Assembly (NCBI GenBank): GCA_016748015.1
Contig: JAAOMT010000097.1
Location: 1-64,000, forward strand
Source: Geosiphon pyriformis uo1
Taxonomy: Eukaryota > Fungi > Glomeromycota
DNA: 64,000 nt
Direction: 5' to 3'
Positions 58,901-64,000 of this stretch are shown in pieces. Made by a program: the position numbers and the translations under genes. How positions within the stretch are numbered: the first letter of the stretch is position 1; every line of letters starts with the position of its first letter. Under the pieces are notes generated by a model, which did no database searches, was not told the origin of the DNA, and was given only the letters and a program-made list of their open reading frames with translations.

Positions 58901-59549
58901 GATTCTATAGGATTTAAAACCAATTATTATTATTAAAATAACATATTATAAAACTGAAAATTGTTATAAATATAATTAAAACATATAAAAAAAAGCAAAA
59001 AATGGAAATAATAAATAAAATATATACAACAACACAATAATTGTTTCAAATATTGAAAACAAAAAACTTAAACATAAAAATAACAATTAACAGACAAAAA
59101 ATTTATTATAAAAACACTTAAAAAAACAAAACAGCTAAAAAAACTTTATACAATAAAATACAGAAACAAAAAAATAACTATATAAAAAAACTTGTTAGAA
59201 AAGTAAAAAAAACTTTAGAAATTTAGTAATAAATGTTTAACCAAAAAAACTAATAAAAAAAACTAAAAAACTTGGAAAAAATAGTTAAATAACAACTAAA
59301 TATTTAGATACTATATATCAACAACTTTAAATATGTGTTTAATAAAAACAATAATATAATAAATAGAATATTTTATTAGAAAAAACAACTTAATAACCCA
59401 TGTAAAAACAATCTATTAATTATATACAATTTTTTATAAATACAAAAAAATACTATTATATTTAATTATAAAAAATATAACAGTAAATCAATTAAAAAAA
59501 ATAACCAATTTACAATTTGAAAAATTAAAAACAAAAGTCTTAAGATCAT

Positions 59550-60506
59550 TTTTACCAATAGAATTTTAGTCATTAATTATCATTTTTATAATTTTTATTA
59601 TTAATTAACATATATTATTATTATTTTAATTATAACTTATTATTTAATTAAATTATTAAATATTATTACCTAATTAATAATCTGATTTGTATAATACACA
59701 AATTATAATAATCAGATTATACAATATACTGAACTTTGTAACATTTAAAAATTTGCCAAAATTTGTATAATTTTGCAAAATAATTTAATAATTTACCAAA
59801 ATAATTCATAGTTTATAGAAACAACCTGTAGTTTACTAAAATATATCTTTAAATTTATCGAAATTATAGCAAAAAAAAAAGTGCAAGTTCAAAGACTAGT
59901 ATTATAACAAATTATATAAAAAAAAGCTTTTTTCTTTAAAAAAATGTATTTTATCTTAAAATAATAATTTTATTCGAAATTATTTTACTTGAAATCATTT
60001 TTACATATATAAATCAATAAAACAAATATTTTGAAAAACAAATTTCTTAAATTATTATATTTAAAATTCTCCAAATCTTAACTAATGTTTTAAAATTAAT
60101 TAACTACCAATTTCAGTAATTCGTTAGTAATTCCAGATCTGAGCAGAAAATAATTCTCTTAACAAAATTTTTTTTTTTATATATTTTATATATTTTTCTT
60201 ATTATATACATTAAAGTAGCTTACAAACAAAATTTTTGTAGAAAAATTAACTTTTACTACACATTTTTTAATAAGCTTTCAAACAAGCAATTCTTAAAAA
60301 AAAGTTGATTTTTATTGCAAAGTAACTATACAAATAACTAATATAAAATTAGTTATTTCATTCATAAACCCAGTAGTTTAAATTATAGAAAATAATTTGA
60401 AAATAAATTCAGTTATTAAAAGTCTATTAACTTTTAATAATTATAAATTAGCAGTAAACAAACACTAAACAGCATTTAAAAAAAAGACCAAAAATCTTTA
60501 ATAATA
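59550..60506 (+). mobile_element. Family A solo LTR relic inserted in family B ORF3
   Basis: Colinear with 1666-2634; flanks TCAT and CTAT (both derivable from CCAT); ORF3 resumes after it. Confidence 0.8.
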
Positions 60507-63500
60507 CTATAATAGAAAAAAAAGTATATAAACTTATTCAAGAAAAAAACTTAATAAATTTTGCAAAAGCTTAATATTAAAAAAAAGAAAATAATATTAC
60601 TTGTAAAAATAATAATAATATAAATAGCCAATAGCAAAGTAATTAGAACACATAATATTAAGAATTTTAAAAATATCCATAAAGATTTCAGAAATTCTAA
60701 GAATTGCAAAAATACTGGCAAAAATACCAGAAATTTTAAAAATACCAAAAATTTTAGCAATAACTCAAAGAAATTATAAAAATTTCAGAAATCTTGTATT
60801 ATGAAAATTTATATATATATATTAATTAATAAGTCAAAAAAAAACAGACAAACTTATTTTTAAGATTAGTCTAATTATTTTTACTTTTATTAACAAACCA
60901 CAAATTGATTAACTTATTAATAAACTTTTATTTTATTTATTACTTAATAAGTCTAAGATTATAAAAATTAAAATTAACATTATAATTATATCTATGTTAT
61001 TTAAATTTATAACAACTATTTAAACCAAAACTAAAACAATAACTTTTGATTACAGTTATTAATAAAATATTAATTATTACTATATTATTTTATTAATTGT
61101 ATTTGTTTGAATTATTAACTAATTGTAAAAAAGTATTAAAAATACAATATTAAAATTTGTTTAATAAAATACATCAGAAAAAACATAGATATAGTCAAAG
61201 AACTAGAATTGTTTATTAAAAAAATGCAAACACCAAAATAAATTAGTCACTAAACCAAAAAAATTATCAAAGCTATTGTTAATTGTTATTAAATAAATCT
61301 CTGTTTATTATATAAAAAACTTTAATACAAAGTCTTCAAAAAATTTTTGAAATATACTTTAACTAATCTGAATATTAAGTTACAAAAATTACTAATACCT
61401 ACTCAAAAAATCTACTTGTAATATTGTAATAAAAGTTATTTTTTAATTTCTAATTATTGTATATGTTTATGTACTTTTTTTTAAAAATTAAACTGAAATC
61501 TACTTTCTGTTTGGAGTTTTTTAAGACTATTTTTGTAATTGTTTAATGTGGTTTTTTAATCTAAAAATACAAAATATTAATAGTTTTTAGCATTTTTTTT
61601 AATTCTTATAATAAAGCTTTTATCAATTAGTAACAATATAAACAATTTTAATTAAAGATTATTTTTTTAAAAAATTCAGCTAATAAATAATTTTATTCAA
61701 TAAATAATATAAATAAGTTTTTTAATATTTTGAATTGTAATAATTTGGTTTTTAATATTTTTTTTATTTTTTTTTGATTAAAAATTTTTTTGAATAATTA
61801 TTTTAAAAGTAAAAGCTAAAAGATAATTAAAATAAAAATCAAAATTTGATAAGATTAAACTGTTAAATAAATTATTAAATAAGTTGTTGTTATTTTTAAT
61901 ATTAAAATTACTATATATATATGTTTATAATTTTATAAAAAAACATATTATAATACTTTTTTTTAATATCTTAATCTGGTGTTTGTTGCTATTACTAACT
62001 AATATTTACTATTATTAAAAACTAGTACTTGATACTATCATAAAATAATGTTTACTACTATATTAATTATTATTATTTTAATTATTATTGTAATATATTA
62101 TAATTAAATAATTTATATTATTTTATAATTTTTTTGTTAAATTTTTAAATTATGATATTATTTTTTTTTCTAAATTGTTTTTTAAGTTTGTTGTTAACTC
62201 CAAAATTTTTGTTTTATTTTTTGTTAATAACAAGTTTTATGTTATAACTTCTGTTTTTTTGGTTTCTTTTATTGTTGCTTTTTGGTTGTTTTTATTGTTG
62301 ATTTTGTTATTAAATTTAAATTGAATTTTTTGAAACCTCTAATTTTAAATTTGGCTGTTTTAGTACAGTTTATTATTGAGTCTATTAGTTCTTTAATTGT
62401 TTTAATTAGTTTTTTTGTGTTTAAAAATATGCACAAAAATTACAAAATTAAAAAAAATTTGCTTACTATGTTTAATATCTTTAAAAATTTAGTTTTTTTT
62501 AGCTAATATATCTAAAAACCTTACTAATCTTAAAACTAAAATTAAATTCAATAACATGAATAATAATAGTTTAAGTACTATTAAAGCATATATTTTGAAT
62601 AAAAAAACATGTAATTATATAGTTATTTTGTGACAAATGTGTAATTTTAAAGTTAAAAATAAAATTAAAAAAACCAAATTGTTTTTTAATAATTTTATTT
62701 TTGATTTTAGAAATTTAAATAGTATTATTAAGAAACTTAGTAAACAGAATTTATTTCTAGCTCTTTTTAATTCAGCTTAATTAATGCTTTAATTGACTTG
62801 AATAATTGGTTTTGTGTAAAAAACACATAATTTATATCTAATTTTAATTATTTAATTTGACATATTGTATTAAATAGAGTTTAAGTATCTTTTATTAAAA
62901 CAGAATAAAAAAAGTTGTAAATTAATTTTAATTTTATTTAAATTAAAAAGATTTTTAATATTATTATTTAAAAATTAAATGTAAATTTTAATAAATTATT
63001 AAGTATTTTAATAATATTTAATTATATTAGTACATTATATAAATTAAATTATAAATTAAATAAAAATTAATAATAATTTGGCTAAATAATAATTAAAAAT
63101 TCAATAATAATATATATTAATTAATAATAAGAATTAACTAAATAATTTTATTTTATTTTTTAATTAATAATATAAGATTAAGCTTTTTTAAACTCAAGTA
63201 CTGTTTGTAATAATCACAATTACCAAAGTAATTTTATTAAAAAATTGTTAAAATTCCAGTTTTATAAGCTTTTGAATATAAAAATTTTAATTATTGCATT
63301 GTAAAGTTTTATACAAGTATTAAATAACTTATAAAGGTTAAAAACAGCTTTAATTTTATAATAAATATTTGTTGGCTTAATTATTGTCTTAAAATTTTTC
63401 TGAATTTGTTTAATTAAATTATTAAAATTTAAAAACATAAAAAAACAATTGCAATACAATAATATCCAAATATATAAAAATTTAATAGGCTCAAATTTTT

Positions 63501-63567
63501 ACTTTAACAAATATATAATTTAGTATTAAGCAAATTCCAAATTTCAAAATCAATCATTCTAAAAACC

Positions 63568-64000
63568 ATGCCACCATCGTTGAAAATCTCAAAAGAAGGG
63601 GACACAGACCAGTTTTTAGAACTAGAAACCCTTCGCACCAAGCTTCAAGTATCCTTTGGTGTAGTCAGTGCAACGGTGGAAAGTTGGCTGGGACCTCCAA
63701 AAGTAGACGAAAGCGAGGCGTTAGAGGAAGAACAACAAGAAACCTCTGGTGGTTGGTTAGGTGATCAGCCGCGTTTACTGACCAGGTGAGAACCCACAAC
63801 TAGGCGTTCATTTAATGCTTAGGCACTCTTCAAGTTGTATCACTTTCAATTGAATAATTGATTAATCGAATTGGTCTATTCTCTCCTCAGAATTAAGATT
63901 CCAATTGGTTTTTTATATTTAAATTTATTTAAATTTATTTTTTGGTAGAGGTGGAGCTGGTGCAAGCTACGCATCTAGACTCAAACGTAAATTAGCCTAC
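63568..64000 (+). CDS. Conserved fungal hypothetical protein, DUF3245-like (3'-partial; intron 63786-63948)
   Basis: ...VESWLGPP...LLTR|GGAGASYASRLKRKLAY after GT-AG splicing. The SWL...G.GA...LKRKL pattern is recalled from DUF3245 and was not verified. Confidence 0.55.

Larger units (their letters stand above)
50151..61423 (+). mobile_element. Near full-length hypermutated Gypsy family B relic (LTR-PBS-gag-PR-RT-RH-INT-ORF3-PPT-LTR)
   Basis: LTRs 50151-50856 and 60595-61423; TSD TTGT; PBS relic TTTGATGCT; decayed gag (about 51730), protease (about 53100), RT FCVNY*KLN (56524) and YLNNI (56766), RNase H (about 57210), integrase (57790-58850). Confidence 0.85.
50017..62157. mobile_element. 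Family D copy 2, split by the family B relic
   Basis: TGTTACAAATT...AATTATGATA with TSD TTAT; the two halves match copy 1. Confidence 0.6.
44990..62915 (+). mobile_element. Family E host copy split by nested insertions (pieces about 44990-45298, 46869-47194, 49490-50016, 62158-62915)
   Basis: The pieces join colinearly against the uninterrupted copy at 17940-20125 and end in the LINE-type tail plus A-run at about 62905. Confidence 0.7.

Noticed and set aside
55037-60506. One family A element bounded by two LTRs
   Set aside because: The outer flanks do not match, each LTR has its own 4-bp TSD, no PPT precedes 59550, and family B coding sequence resumes across both. These are two solo LTRs inside B.

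Overview
AT-rich eukaryotic (fungal) genomic DNA. The Sel1-repeat/TKL-type kinase and the TE families point to a Glomeromycotina-like fungus (inference, not verified by search). A central gene island (about 21-43.4 kb) holds PRP22/DHX8 (about 11 introns), intronless ESA1/Tip60, a two-exon TOM5 missed by the ORF track, a decayed Tc1/mariner, and a gene with about 28 near-identical Sel1 repeats fused to a kinase; a DUF3245-like gene starts at the right edge. Two retroelement nests flank the island. The left nest (1-20 kb) is Ty3/Gypsy family A inside Gypsy family B inside a LINE, followed by a head-to-head full-length LINE. The right nest (45-63 kb) is four levels deep and can be resolved from LTR termini and target-site duplications (TSDs). 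Main signals: (1) RIP-like C>T/G>A hypermutation of retroelements that is not limited to CpG, tracks insertion age, and spares host genes, the Sel1 array, the Tc1 element and a very short repeat fragment; (2) a hypervariable, shuffled Sel1-repeat kinase resembling a diversifying immune receptor; (3) an ORF1-only 'half-LINE' family that shares the structured 3' tail of the autonomous LINE; (4) a non-env accessory ORF3 conserved in two Gypsy families. All alignments were done by eye; nothing was computed or searched.
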